Shown here: in pieces, positions 13,380-25,282 of the stretch
How the letters are laid out: each line of letters opens with the position of its first letter
Position numbering within the stretch: the first letter of the stretch is position 1
DNA from: Camelus dromedarius
Lineage: Eukaryota
Direction: 5' to 3'
Assembly (NCBI RefSeq): GCF_036321535.1
Contig: NC_087437.1
Location: 16,680,001 to 16,744,000 of the forward strand
Length of the DNA stretch: 64,000 bases
Position numbers and translations under genes: made by a program
The notes under the pieces: generated by a model
What the model was told of the DNA's origin: nothing
What the model saw: the letters and a program-made list of their open reading frames with translations, nothing else
Databases searched by the model: none

Positions 13380-15550
13380 CGCTGTATTACTGGTTTCTAA
13401 CATAATTCCACTGTGGTCAGAGAGCATGTTTTGTATGACTTGAATAGTTTTAAATTTATTGAGCTTTGTTTCATAGCACAAAATCTAGTCTATCTTAGTA
13501 AATATTCCAAGTGCATTTAGAAAGTATGTAAATTCTTTTATTGGATGGAGTGTCCTACAAATGTCAGTTAGGTGAAGCTGCTTGATAATGTTGCCCAAAT
13601 CTTTTATATCTGCCAATTTTCTGTCTGCTTGTTCTATCAATTACTAGAAGAAGGGTTGAAATCTACAACTATGGTTGTGGATTTGTCTATTTCCACTTTT
13701 GCTTCATGTACTTCAAAGCTCTGTTATTAAGTACATAAACATTCAGAATTGTTATGTCATCTTGAATTGACCCCTTTATCATTATGAAACGAACTTCTTC
13801 TTCTGATAATATTCTTTGCTCGGCAATCTTTTCTTTTGACTAATTTTCTTTTGTTTGTTTAGTAACTCTTTTTCCATCCTTTTACTTTTAAACTATTTGT
13901 ATCTATGTATTTAAAATGTATTACTTGTAAGCAGCATATTGTATCTTCTTTTTAATCTAGTCTCTGCCTTTTAATTGGAGGTGTTCAATCCATTTACTTT
14001 TAATGTGATTATTAATATGATTTGGTTTAAGTCTATCATCTCATTAATCGTTTTTTACTTTTCCAAATGATCCTTTGTTGTTTCTTCCTCTTTTTCTATC
14101 TTCTTTTGGATTAATTAAAATTTTTATGTTTAAATTTTAATTCCTTTGTTACCTTACCAGCTTATTACTGTCTTGTTATTTTAATAGCTGCTTTAGGGTT
14201 TATAGCATGGGTCTTTAACTTATCAAAATTTATGTTCAAGTGAAATTATACCACTTCATGTATCAGTACAGTATAATAAACTTATAGCAGCATCCTTTTA
14301 TTTCCTCTCTTAGCCTTTTTGCTGTTTTTGTCATATATTATAAACCTCAAAATTGGGTTGCCAGATGTAGCAAATAAAAATAAAGGACAGCAAGTAAAAT
14401 CTAAATTTCAGATAAATAACAAATATCTTCATTAAATAAGCATGTTACATGCAATATTTAGAAATACTTATACTAAAAAGGTAATAATTATTTGAAATTC
14501 AAATTTAAATGGGCATCCTCTATTTTATCTGGTGATCATATCCACAATACATTGTATCTTTTTATTTAAATAATCAATCACCTTTTAAAGAGATTTTAAT
14601 AAACAACTATAAGATTTTTATGTACGTATACATGCAGTTACTATTTTTTCACTCTTCCTTCCTTTCTGTAGATCCGTAATTCCATTTGGTGCCATTTTCC
14701 TTATGCATGTAGGACTTCTTAGCACTTGTTATAGCACAGGTCTGCTATGATGAATTCTTTTACTATTGTGCATCTGAAAAAGTCTTTATTTTGCTTTTAT
14801 TTTTGAGAAATCTTTAGACAAGAATAGAATTCTAGCTTGATAGATTTCTTTCAGTACTTTATAGATGTTGTTCCACTCTTTTCTTGCTTGTATTGTTTCT
14901 AACAAGAGATCTACTGTCAATTTTCTTTGTTCCTCTTTACATAATACATTTCTTTTCTCTGGCTACTTTCAAGATTCTTTATTACTGGCTTTGAGCAATT
15001 TGATTATGATGTGCCTTTCTTTATGTTTCTTGTGTTTAGGGTGTGTTGAAATTCTTAGATCTGTGAATATATAGTTTTCATCAATTTGGGGAATTTTTGG
15101 CCATTATTTATCCAAATTTTTTTTGTCCCCATTTCTTTCCTTTGGAGATTTCATTTGCACATACATTAGGCCACTTGAAATTGTCACACAATTCACTGAT
15201 GCTCTTTATGTTTTCAAAATCTTTTTTTTTCCCTGTGTTTCCTTCATTATGCAAATTTCTGTTGGTGTGACTTCAAGTTCACCAATATTTTCTTTGGAAA
15301 TGTCTAATTTACCATTAATCTATCCAGGGTATTTTTATTCAAACATTGTTGTCTTCATCTGTAGGAGTAAAATTTGGGTCTTTTTATATCTCTCATGGGT
15401 CTACTTACCTTTTTGAACATTTGGAATACAATTAGAGTAACTCCTTTCATGTCTTTATCTGCTAATTCTAACATTTGTGACAGGTCTGGGCTTGTTTTTG
15501 ATTGAATGATCTTTTCTTTTTTATCGGTTGTATTTTCCTAAATCTGATCA
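13380..15550 (-). mobile_element. Ancient L1M internal fragment
   Basis: CCACTGTGGTCAGAGA...GTGGATTTGTCTATTTC...TTGACCCCTTTATCATTATG, antisense L1 endonuclease-region signatures. Confidence 0.8.
14355..14540. mobile_element. Palindromic hAT MITE (MER53-like)
   Basis: GGGTTGCCAGAT...AAATTTCAGATAAA...ATACTTATACTAAAA...TGAAATTCAAATTTAA...TATTTTATCTGG near-hairpin. Confidence 0.75.
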
Positions 15551-16859
15551 AGTCTCTAGTTCTATTTATGAGAAATATAGGGGTAGAGGGACATATTAAA
15601 CAACATCGCAGGGGTGTAATTGGCCAAGTGCAGAATGTGGGAAAATCCACAGGACCTAACAATGAATTTCTGCAATATATAAAGTGCAAGGAAAAAAAAC
15701 ATTTAAGGGTTTCTACCAAATAGAGGACCGTGAGGACCTTGTCTGAATCCTGACTTGAAGGAATAAACTATAGAAAACATTAATGAGAAAGCTGGGACAT
15801 TCTGAATGCTGACTAGATGTTAAGAAATTGTTGATTTTTAAAAATAAGTATTTTTGTTGTTTTTTTTTAAATAGACCTTAGTTTTTAGAGATACATAGTA
15901 AAATATCTATGGGTGAAATAATATGCTTCTGTAACTTGCTTCAGAATAATCCAGGGAGAGAGAGAGATGAGGGTACAGAAGGAACAAATTGGCCATCGGA
16001 TGCTAACTGTTGAAGCTGAGTAATGAGGCATAGTAAGTAGTTCATCATATTATTCTCTACTTTTGCAGTATTTGATCTTTTTCCATATAAAAAAATCAGA
16101 TGTTTTCTTCTCTGAAAAGACTTACCCACACTCTCTCCCTACCCCTAATAGAATTAATCATGCTTAGGACTGTTCCCCGACCAGCCAAATAAATTAAACA
16201 CTCATTTATTCCCAAGTCCTTCTCCCTAATTCATCCATAAACCCTTGAGAGCAAAGATTATGTCTTACTCATTTTCTATTCTTTGTATTCCCATCACCAA
16301 CCACAGAGCTGGAGTTCTCAATAACGGATGGCAAATTGGCAGCTTTCTCCCCAAATTCACCACGATACTTAGGACAGAGATGCTGATTCCATCGTACTGA
16401 ATCAAATTTCAAATTAGATATGGTGTCCTTTATAAATTCAAGTCATACTGCATATAAGTGAATGGCAAAGAAGCCCAAAAAGTCCTAATGTAAAAATTTA
16501 GGCAGTAAAACTGTCAAGACAAACTAGGAATGCAGCAAGATTTGGCATGGTCAGCAGTACTGAAATTGTTGTATAGCTCACTATGTACTTCTCCTCATAG
16601 GTATGCATTACACTGTGACCTTTGCAAAGTCCTTCTGTCCTGCCCTACTTTTCTTACAGGACTGCTCTAAGTCTCAAATAAGATACCCTAATGCATGCAA
16701 AAGAGCTTAAATAAAACTGGAAAGCAGTATGAAGTTTGAAGTATAATGACCTCTTTCCAAGTCATGGAGGCATCTCAGAGAGCACATCATTTTAGCTATT
16801 GGAAGAATTGACCCTGGATGAAATTGTTCAGTAGGCAAAGCATGTTTGGGGAGCTTATA

Positions 16860-17196
16860 CAGTTGACCCTTGAACAATAAGCATTTGAACTTTGCAGGTT
16901 CACTTATACACAGATATTTTTCAATAAATATGGTACTTGCATTTTCATCTTACAGACGGGGGGAATGTTTGTGTTCGATTAGAGATCACAATATGTGGAA
17001 TCAAAAGAACTAGGGTTTGAGTCCTGATTTTATCCAGACTTTTCAGCTTCCTGCCCTTGGGTGAGTCATTTATCCATGCCTTTGTTTTTTAGGCAGAGAT
17101 AACGGTACAGAGCATTTTCTATTGAGCAGGAGGTGGATGGGTGGTTCGTGTCCCTAACTCCACCCCTCCCCTACAATCTTGTTCAAGGGGCAACTG
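16860..17196. mobile_element. Non-autonomous Tigger1-like element
   Basis: TIRs CAGTTGACCCTTGAACAA (16860) and TTGTTCAAGGGGCAACTG (ending 17196); TA on the left flank. Confidence 0.85.
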
Positions 17197-18240
17197 TGTA
17201 TTTTTTTCCTTTCCTTGAACTCTAAATACACACAGAGTACCTATTATATGCCTGGTGTTGTGCTGGGTGCTAGTGACAGGGTGAGGATAGCCAGGTGCCC
17301 AGGACCTGTCCTTGCAGACCACCTAGTCATTGGCTATTTTTAAGTCCTCACATACCTCCTACCCCCTACCACTAGGTGCTCCTTACTCATGCTGTTCAAT
17401 CTCTTGGTTGATTTATTTATTAAGTTACGTATATGCTTATGTATATTTATTTATTTGTCTTTTTAATTAAGGACGTTTTAATTTCAATATTCAATATCTT
17501 ATAGTAACCTATAATAAAAAAGAATATGAAAACAAAAGAAACAAAAAAAGAATTTTACAATTTCAGATTTTTTAAATCTACTCTTACAGAGCACATGATT
17601 ACGGGCAGGAGGCGGAGGAGTTCCTGTGTCAATTACAAGGAAGGCAGGCAATTTGGGGAGGCCCTTCTCAAGCTGAGTCCTCCCAGCTATTGAGGTGGTT
17701 TATGTTTTAACCCAGCCCATTTTACATGGTGTTAAATTTCAGGAGTGGTTATAAGGATGTATGTCTCAGAATCATTCATAAGGTGTACATTGGTTTTATA
17801 CGGCTTTATGTATTTATACGGCAATATTTGTGTTATATTTAACAAGTTAACAAATACCTCTTCTTTCAAAATTCATACAACTTGCTCACTACTTCATAAT
17901 GACATGTGGCGCAGGTGCGGGCCACTGGTAGGATCGGAGTGAAGAGGTGTCTCTGGTCAGCGGTGAGGGCTACCTGTCCGCAGCCTCCGTCCTCAATGGA
18001 ACCAACCAGTGTGCTCCAGGATGGCAAAACAACTACTGACGATAACAACAAGAGCGATAACAATAATAATAAACAATCACAGTAATAAATCCGAGAGAAA
18101 AACTCGCATTCGCCAAATAGTACTAAACACCACGAATCGCGCGTCCCCACAGAGCCGCAATCCACGGAACTGCATCCGCAGCGGCCACGGCGGATCTCGC
18201 AGCGCCCCTGACGGCCCCACTTCAGCTGCGGCAGGCGAGT

Positions 18241-18400
18241 GGGCGGGACCTTGCAGGCGGGGCCCGCGGAAGGGGCGGGGCCTGTTGGGCGGGGCGGGAC
18301 CTGGCGGGGGCGGGGCGGGACCTGGCGGGGGCGGGGCGCCGAGCGGCAACTGAGGGTGGGGCTGAGGAGTGGGAGGGGGTGGACGTGCGGCTGGGCGGGG
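18241..18400 (+). promoter_or_regulatory. Sp1/KLF GC-box cluster including a 21-bp tandem repeat
   Basis: GGGCGG at about 18241, 18273, 18287, 18292, 18308, 18313, 18329 and 18393; unit GGGCGGGGCGGGACCTGGCGG at 18287-18307 and 18308-18328, plus a partial third copy. Confidence 0.85.
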
Positions 18401-18527
18401 CACGCTCGGGCCTCAGCTCCTCACGCCCAGCGCTCGTAGCCGCACAGCCCGCGCCGCCGGGAGCCCTGGTGCCCAACGCTGTCCGCGAGCGGAGGCAGCA
18501 GCCGGAGGAGGAGCCGAGGGCGCTGAG
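18400..18527 (+). other. Probable non-coding first exon (5' UTR) of an unidentified gene; start approximate
   Basis: Lies immediately downstream of the GC boxes, contains no ATG, ends in GCTGAG|GTAGGC (GT at 18528-18529) and is followed by G-rich intronic CpG-island sequence. Confidence 0.6.
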
Positions 18528-20489
18528 GTAGGCGTGGAGCTGCCCGCCGCGCGGCCTGGAACCCTCGCACCCCCGGTCCGACCCGCGGGTTGTGGCAAGG
18601 CCGGGGGGCGGCGCGCGGAGGCCCGGGCGGGCGGGGCCGGGGCCTGGGGGCGGAGACCGGCCTGGCCGGAGGGCTCTGGAGGGGCCGGCGGGGCCGCGCG
18701 GCGCTGTCCCGGCTGGGAGAACCGTGAAAGTCGGGGTTCGAAGGTGGTGCGGGCGGCTCTGCACGCCCAGTTCGGTCCCGGGCCTTGGCAGCCCAGGCGG
18801 TGTGGAAATGGCCTGCCCCGGAGGCGCCCACGGAGGAGGGAAGGCGGGGGACGGCCTGGTCCCTCCCACTTTCGGGGCTCCGGGGCCAGTTCGCCCGTAC
18901 AGCCCTCGGGAACTTGTTAACAGGAAAGCTTGGCAGAGAAACAAATGCCAACGTTTTGGAAGAACTGAGAGTCACGTCGTTAGGCGCTGAGGCTTTATTT
19001 TCCTTCCCCGCCCCCTGCCCAACCTCGGCCCGACTTGGCCAAAGAAGGATGTGTCACCAGCTCGGGGCCTCGGGCGGGATCCCGGGCCGGGCTGGGAGCG
19101 GGAATACCTGAAAAAAAGGTAAACGGAGGCCGGGCAGACCCCGGCTCTGCCCTTGGGCCGCCCCGGCTGGTCTCACTCTCGCGCCAACCCCGGCCGCCGC
19201 CTCCCAGGGTCTTTCTCCTGGGGGACCTCTCGATGGAAACCAGCTGGCCGGTCTTGGAGTTGATGTTGCAGCTGAACTCTGCTGTGCTCACGTTATTCCC
19301 AATCCTCTGACTCTGGTAAAGCTTGAGGAAATTGTATCCAGTTTTAGTGGTCAGCAAATGTAAGGGAGGATAAATTGCTCTTTGTAAATTGTAAGGTATT
19401 TTCTTATTAGAAAATGGTCTGAAAACACGAAATAAAAATTCTTAACACGTAAGCAAAAAATGATTTGTAGTGCCTTCCAAAATCTGAGGAAGTGTTCCTC
19501 CTTAAATCATTTATGTACGAAACATCGCCCAAACGTTCCGTACCAGGCATTTTTCTTTGTTCTTCATTAGTCTCAGGCCTCAGTTTCTTGTAAAGAGAGC
19601 ACTGTCTGAGACCCTAAGAATTGCCATACTAGAGCAGAGCGTGTGCTTCCAGCTTAGTAGGTAGCAGGCTTGTGTTATAGTAAAACATGGCTTGCTTTCT
19701 TGGTAATACCATTTAAAATTATCTCAAGTTCGTTTCTTCCAGGAGTAGACATGACTTTTAGTGAAGCCTTTAAAGACTCTATAGACCACTCCTAATTTAT
19801 ACATACAATTTATTCACGTTGATTGCATCCAAATGTCTCTCCTATCTTCTCTGGCAGAAAAACTTACAGGATGAGATACTTGTGGAAAAATTGTGGATCT
19901 TTTCTAAATCTGGGAGTTCAGAAATTAAGGACAGGGAAGACAAAAGTTAAAAAAAAAAAATAGAAAGCTTTGGAGAAGTTTTTGCCAGGACCAACTTGAC
20001 TGCTGAGTTCAAAAAATAGCTTTAGCTACTAATAATCTGAACATTAGCAGTTAAAGATTTATTTGTATTCATGAGTATTTGTATATTTTTAAATGTAGCT
20101 AACATTCTAGAGAGTGAAAGGGCTATCTGACTTTATCTTAGTCTGAATTAATTTGGCCTTAGTGGTTAGCTGAAACCACTGCCCTAAGAGAATGAAAGTT
20201 TTGTTTCAGCAAGAAGAGAATAAGGAGGTGAGTAATATAGGAGTATGAGATACTTGAGGCGGGAAGCTGTTCAAACCACAATTTGGCTTTTAAACTCTTC
20301 AGAGGCCTCATTACCTCTGGAAAACATAGTCTACACTGATATGGTCCCTGCCACTCTTCAACACACAGCTTAAAGCTTTATTTCCTCTCTGAGGCTTTTC
20401 TTGACATCTTCCCCATCCCCCACCCCACTCCCCCCACCTCAAAAAATCCACCTCCTGGAGTAGAATTGATCACTCTTTTAGATATGACC

Positions 20490-20737
20490 ATCCTCTAAAT
20501 TATAGGTACTGTTGACATTTTGGACCAGATCATTCTTTGTTGTGGAAGGCTGTTGTGTGCATTATAGGATGTGTAGGAGCATTCCAGGTGTCTAGTTAAT
20601 AGTTACCAGTAGCCCCCCCACACACACACAGTTGTGACAGTCAAACAGTCAGAGAACCCACACTTGTGACAATCAAAAATGCCTCCAGACCTTGCCAGGT
20701 ATCAAGGCCAAAATCACCCCTCGTTGAGAACCACTGT
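20490..20737. mobile_element. hAT MITE (MER20-like)
   Basis: ACTGTTGACATTTTGGACCAGATCATTCTTTGTTGTGG...GTTGAGAACCACTG. Confidence 0.8.
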
Positions 20738-20839
20738 TCTAGATAAACTACTGTCTTAATTCTAGTGACACTGCATTATCCTCATTTGCTTCTATGTCGA
20801 TTTTCTCTACCCGACTAGGTTTGAGGGCAGGAGCAATTA

Positions 20840-23800
20840 TTCACTCATTTTACAAATATCTGAGGGAGGGCCTTCTTTGCCAGCCAGACGTTCACTCAGG
20901 TCTGGGAATACAGCAGTAAAAACCACAGATGAGGTCTCTGCACCCCTGGACCTTACAGTCTAAAGAGAATTACAGACATATATGTATAATTATACAGTTA
21001 CTCATTATAATTGTGATAGATTCTGGAAGAAGTACAGAGCATTCTGAGTACATAAAACAAGGGTCCTGACCTAGTTTGGAAAGCTTCCTTGGGAAATAAC
21101 CTTTAAGGTGAGGTGGACTCTGAAGAATAAATAGAAGTTACAAGGCAAGCTTAGGGGGACAATATTCCAGGCAGAAGGAACAGTACCTTTTCTGCAAACT
21201 CAGAGGCCAGTGTGGCTGGAGGATGGAGAATGATAGGGGCTGGATGATACAAAATGAACCTGGGAAAGGAGATAAGCAGCAGTTCTCAGTCCAGCCTGCT
21301 TACTAAAATCACAGGAGGAACTTCGAACAATACTAGTGCCTGGGCCATGCTCCAGGCCCATTAGATCAAGAATGTCTGCAGTGGGTTCTGCTTCTTCCCC
21401 TAGCTGCCGTCTTCCCCATAGCTTCCAAGGAGGAACCACTGTTACTGGCTTTGTGTATCTTTCTGGACATTTCCTGTGGGCATTCAAGCAAATGCATATT
21501 CTTTTCTTCTGTTGTTTACACAAATGGTAGCATACTGTACACACTGTTCTGTTCCTTGTTTTGTTGTCTTAAGTGTCCTGAAAGTCTCCATTCCAATATA
21601 TAGTTTCCTTATTCTTTTGAATGACTCTATAGTATTCCATTGTGTAGGTACACCACAGATTATAATAGAGGGACATTTCAATTGTTTCCAACAATTTACT
21701 ATAATAGCACTATGCATATGCTAGTTCACATGTGTGTGAATATATATATATGGGATAAATTCCTAAAAGTGGAATTGTTGGATCAAATATGTGTGCACAT
21801 ATTTGTAAGTGTTTTTGTAAAAGATTATTTTTATTTGTGGTTGTAGAAGACTACTCTGGTCACATTGGAGAGCATGGCTTGGAAGGGAAGAAGAGTGAAT
21901 GTTGGAGACAACTGACGTTACCGTGTGCTATGGAGTGTTATAGGTTACAGTGTGCTGTTGAGTGAATTGTGTCCCCCTAAAATTGCTTTTTGAAGCCCTA
22001 AACCCTACTGTGACTATATTTGGTGATAGAGTTTTTAGGAGGTAATTAGGCTAAATGAGATCATAAAGGTGGTGCCCTAATCTGGCGGCCTTATAGGAAA
22101 AAGAGGGAAGAATTGCTATGTGAGCACGCATTAAGAAGGTAGCAATCTGCAAACCAACACGAGAGTCCTTACCAGAAACCAACCATGCCAGACCTTGATC
22201 TGGAACGTCTACCCTCCAAAACCATAAGAAAATAAATTTCTGTTGTTTAAGCCACCCCATCTAAGTTATTTTATTATGGCAGCCTGAGCTGGCAAATATG
22301 GTCGGCCCTCAGTATCCCCTGGGGATTAGTTCCAGGACCCCGTGGGTATCGGAATCCACAGGTCCTCAAGTCCTATTTAAAATGAAGTAGTACAGTCAGT
22401 CCTCCATATCTGTGGGTTCACATCCATGGCTACAGAGAGCAAACCACATTGTGGGATGGTAGAGGAAAGATGGCAGCTGGGACCAAGGTGGTAGCAGAGG
22501 AGATGGACAGAAGTAGATGGGTGCAGGGGAGATATTTAGGAGGCATAATTGACAGAATTTGATAATTGATATGGTACAAGCAGTGAGAGGGAGAAACAGG
22601 TGCATAGGATGAAGCCCAAGGTTCTCACTTTCCCAGCCAGGTGAATGGTGGAGTTGTTCCCTGAGCTAGAAAACACTGAAAGGATAAATAGTTTTGAGGT
22701 AATTTAAATTGCAGTTCACTTTGGGGCTGATGAGAATTGGAGATGTCACATAAGCATTTGATAATTCAAATCCAGAGCCCAGAGGAGTGGGCTGAACGGG
22801 GGATACAGATATTTAGGTGTAAGTTGCAGGGCATAGATGGTGTTACTGAGAGCAGAGGTTGCACACCCAGAGCCCGTAGCTGAATCTGGTTTACAGATGT
22901 GTTTTGTTTTTCACATACAATAGTTTTTGTTGTTGCTTAATTTTGAGTTAGTTGCCAATAATTTAAAATCTGAAAATTTCCCACGAGAATCCAGATTTGG
23001 GGCTTTTCTTTAAAAGTGAGAAGATGTAGCACTACCGAGCTGGGTTTCCATGTGGCAGCAAGTGATTGGAGCTAAGTCACAGCTGATCCAAGCTGCTTTC
23101 TAGTTCACCAGAGAGCCTGACACTCCTACAACTTATTCCTGGCCTGCTTTGTTTATTTACTTCTCTGACCCTGTAGGCATTTGAGTGTGTGATCCCAGTT
23201 TTAGGAGGAAAGTATGAAATAGTGAAACATTGAATGGTTAAAAATTACTGATGCTGGGGCCTATCTCAGAAATTTCTATTTCTGCTTATGTGGTCTAAAT
23301 TGCAGTTTGGGATTTTTAAAAGATTCTCAGGTGATTCCACTGAGTAATGGAAGTTGAGAACCATTGATAAAGCCAAAGAAGAGAAGAGGGCTTAGGCCCA
23401 GCATTTCAAAGCTGGGTGAAGGAGGGTAGCCCCAGGAAAGCAATGAGACATGGTCAGAGAGGTACAGTGGAATGGCACCTTGCTGGCAGTTGAGGTATGC
23501 AAACTTTTAACCCAATATGCTTGAAGGTGTTTTTAATTAGATGAGAGGAACTCTTCTATTCTGAAGGTATACTTACTGTTTATTTTGCATGTGTGTGTGT
23601 GTATGTATATATGTATATGTGTGTATATATATATAATGTATGCTGTTCACTACTACATAGAGTTATGTACACAAAAAAATGGGTATGCTTTAATGAATAG
23701 GCCATTTAAAGCATTTTCAAGAGTAATTTAAACTATATTTGATTTTTATCTTAGAAACTTACTTTAGAATTTAATTCCAGTTTAAGATGTGTCATAAAAG

Positions 23801-24030
23801 GTAAGAGAAGAGAGTATTTTTAAAAAGAGGAGTCATCAAGTAAAGGTGTAGACTGAAAATGATGTGTTGAATTTAGCAAGATGGAGTCTTTGACCTCAGC
23901 AAGAACTGCTTTAAATTGATAGAGGCAGAAACTAGGTTGAAGAGGTAGAAAGTAAGGAGATGGAAATGGTGAATGTTGGAAAAATCTTTGGAGACGTTTA
24001 CCCAAAAGGGGAGTGATGAGAGAGGGGCAG
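20840..24030 (-). mobile_element. Fragmented L2, interrupted by MER5-like, L1, MLT1, MER2-like and other relics
   Basis: Successive antisense L2-like blocks at about 20840-21240, 21840-21910, 22440-22850 and 23820-24030. Confidence 0.65.
21950..22295 (+). mobile_element. MaLR solo LTR (MLT1-like)
   Basis: GAATTGTGTCCCCCTAAAATT...AATAAATTTCTGTTGTTTAAGCCACC...TTATGGCAGCC. Confidence 0.85.
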
Positions 24031-24031
24031 G

Positions 24032-24316
24032 TGTCTTATATGCCTCTGTGGTAAGTGCTCAGTCTGTTGGTTACCCATATGCTTCTTCTCACTTTTCAGG
24101 GAAGTATCTCGGTGATGCCGATGACCTACTCTACCCCATTTCAGAAGGGTCTTGCTTGTATTTGTTTTGGAGACTTTGTGCTTTCCACTGAGAAGATATT
24201 TTGCCAGGACCCTTGAGACTCAGATGTTGGTGATTAGGCCCTTAGTCTCTTTCTTATCTGGAAAGCCATAGAGCTCCTAAAGGCCAGCAGGGCTTCAGTG
24301 ATCCTGACATCCTCCC
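24032..24316 (-). repeat. Candidate polypurine tract and 3' LTR of the Gypsy fossil
   Basis: On -, about 30 nt after the chromodomain, GGGAGGA (24316-24310) is directly followed by TGTCAGGA (from 24309). The segment ends ...TAAGACA at 24032 (TGTC/GACA termini), exactly where L2 sequence begins. Confidence 0.5.
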
Positions 24317-24346
24317 ATTGAACTGATGAACAAAGACCAGATTGTT

Positions 24347-24511
24347 GGTATGTTGAAAATGGAATACTTGGCTGTGTCAGAGAATACGTATCTAGCTGTC
24401 AGATTCCTAGGAATAGTTTTTGCAGCAGTATTTTTTCCAATTAACTTCATACTGCAGCTTGATTTTCCAGTTGCATGCATGTAAAATTCCTCATACTTTG
24501 AAATCTTCATC
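24347..24511 (-). pseudogene. Chromodomain at the integrase C-terminus (chromovirus hallmark)
   Basis: Single frame: DEDFKV*GILHACNWKIKLQYEVNWKKYCCKNYS*ESDS*IRIL*HSQVFHFQHT (cf. eeyeVerIldsr...gklqYlVkWkGy..e.nsWEp..n.....li..Fh..hp). A TAG stop sits at the conserved Trp of sWE. Confidence 0.85.
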
Positions 24512-24559
24512 ATTGTTGGTCATTAAAGAGTATGGATACAAGTTGGCGAAGTAGGCCCT

Positions 24560-25282
24560 CATTGAGCTCAGAGAGAAAAGAACGTCAAAAAAACTTTGGT
24601 TTCCAAAAGGTTGTATGAATGCTGTTATCTTGAAGACTTTGGTTTAAGGTGACTCTTTAGAGTGGGTTTTCATGCAGATGTTCACTACCAGTCTCTTTTA
24701 TCCACCTCTGCCTCATTGGCAACCTTAATCTGGCACAGGAGGGTTTAAGGTCAGTTTCGCACTTTATGTTTCTAAGAGTTGTGATCTGCCTGCAGAACAG
24801 AAACCATAGGGATTGGAAAATGCCAAGGATTATTGATGAAGAATGGTATTTATTAGATGAAGACATAAGCCCTGTTGCTATAGTCTTTTTGCAGACAAGA
24901 GTTTCATCTTGTGAGGTATTGGACTTCATAGCTGTCATTGGTCCATCCATTCGGTGGATAATGGTTCACTTCTGGATAAAGGATGACTTTGTGACATGAA
25001 TAGCAGACCTCGGTCTAAGAAGGTTTGTACTGGGAGTCTGTGAGAAGAAAATATTTTGCTTGGAAACTTTGTATGTGCTTGGGCAATTGTAGGAATTCTA
25101 TTATCACAAATATAGTTAGGTACTGTGCCTGGATGGTGGTATATGGAGGGAAAAGTTCACTGCCAAGGTAGTCCAGAGCTCCTTTGGTTTGTAGAGGAGA
25201 CAGAATGGTTGCATGGCAAGAGGACTTAGAGTCAGTTCTTGGGTACATGGCCTTGAATCTGTCAAGTGTGAGCTGTGTGATT
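24560..25282 (-). pseudogene. Gypsy integrase catalytic core and GPY/F-region remnant
   Basis: ILSPL / ELWTTLAVNFSLHIPPSRHS / TIFVIIEF / KIFSSHRLPVQTFLDRGLLFMSQ (D at 25013-25015) / HRMDGPM / VQYL / NKYHSS / YGF / TLRNIK...ENPL*RVTLNQSLQDNSIHTTFWKP. Matches pW..iavDFi..LPpS, ifrlHGlP..ivsDRG.qF.s, yHpqtDGqtE and inPv.yrl.Lp.sl.iHptFh.sllKp. Confidence 0.85.

Larger units (their letters stand above)
17900..19260. promoter_or_regulatory. CpG island promoter
   Basis: Abrupt switch to very GC-rich, CpG-dense sequence against an AT-rich, CpG-depleted background; TATA-less with clustered GGGCGG boxes at 18241-18400. Confidence 0.95.

Noticed and set aside
18009..19357. Many overlapping long ORFs (up to 240 aa) on both strands
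   Set aside because: Pro/Gly/Arg/Ala-rich by-products of stop-codon scarcity in a CpG island, mostly with non-ATG starts and no recognisable domain.
24481..24660. SMRAYF..LYPYSLMT initially suggested a mononegavirus L-protein endogenous viral element
   Set aside because: The same frame continues into a chromodomain and the upstream sequence is Gypsy integrase; no RdRp motifs follow.
24295..25248. ORF-track ORFs 24295-24513, 24657-24950, 24766-24999 and 25015-25248 as functional genes
   Set aside because: Frameshifted, off-frame or antisense pieces of the dead integrase; catalytic residues are partly lost and stops are frequent, so this is not an intact domesticated RTL gene.
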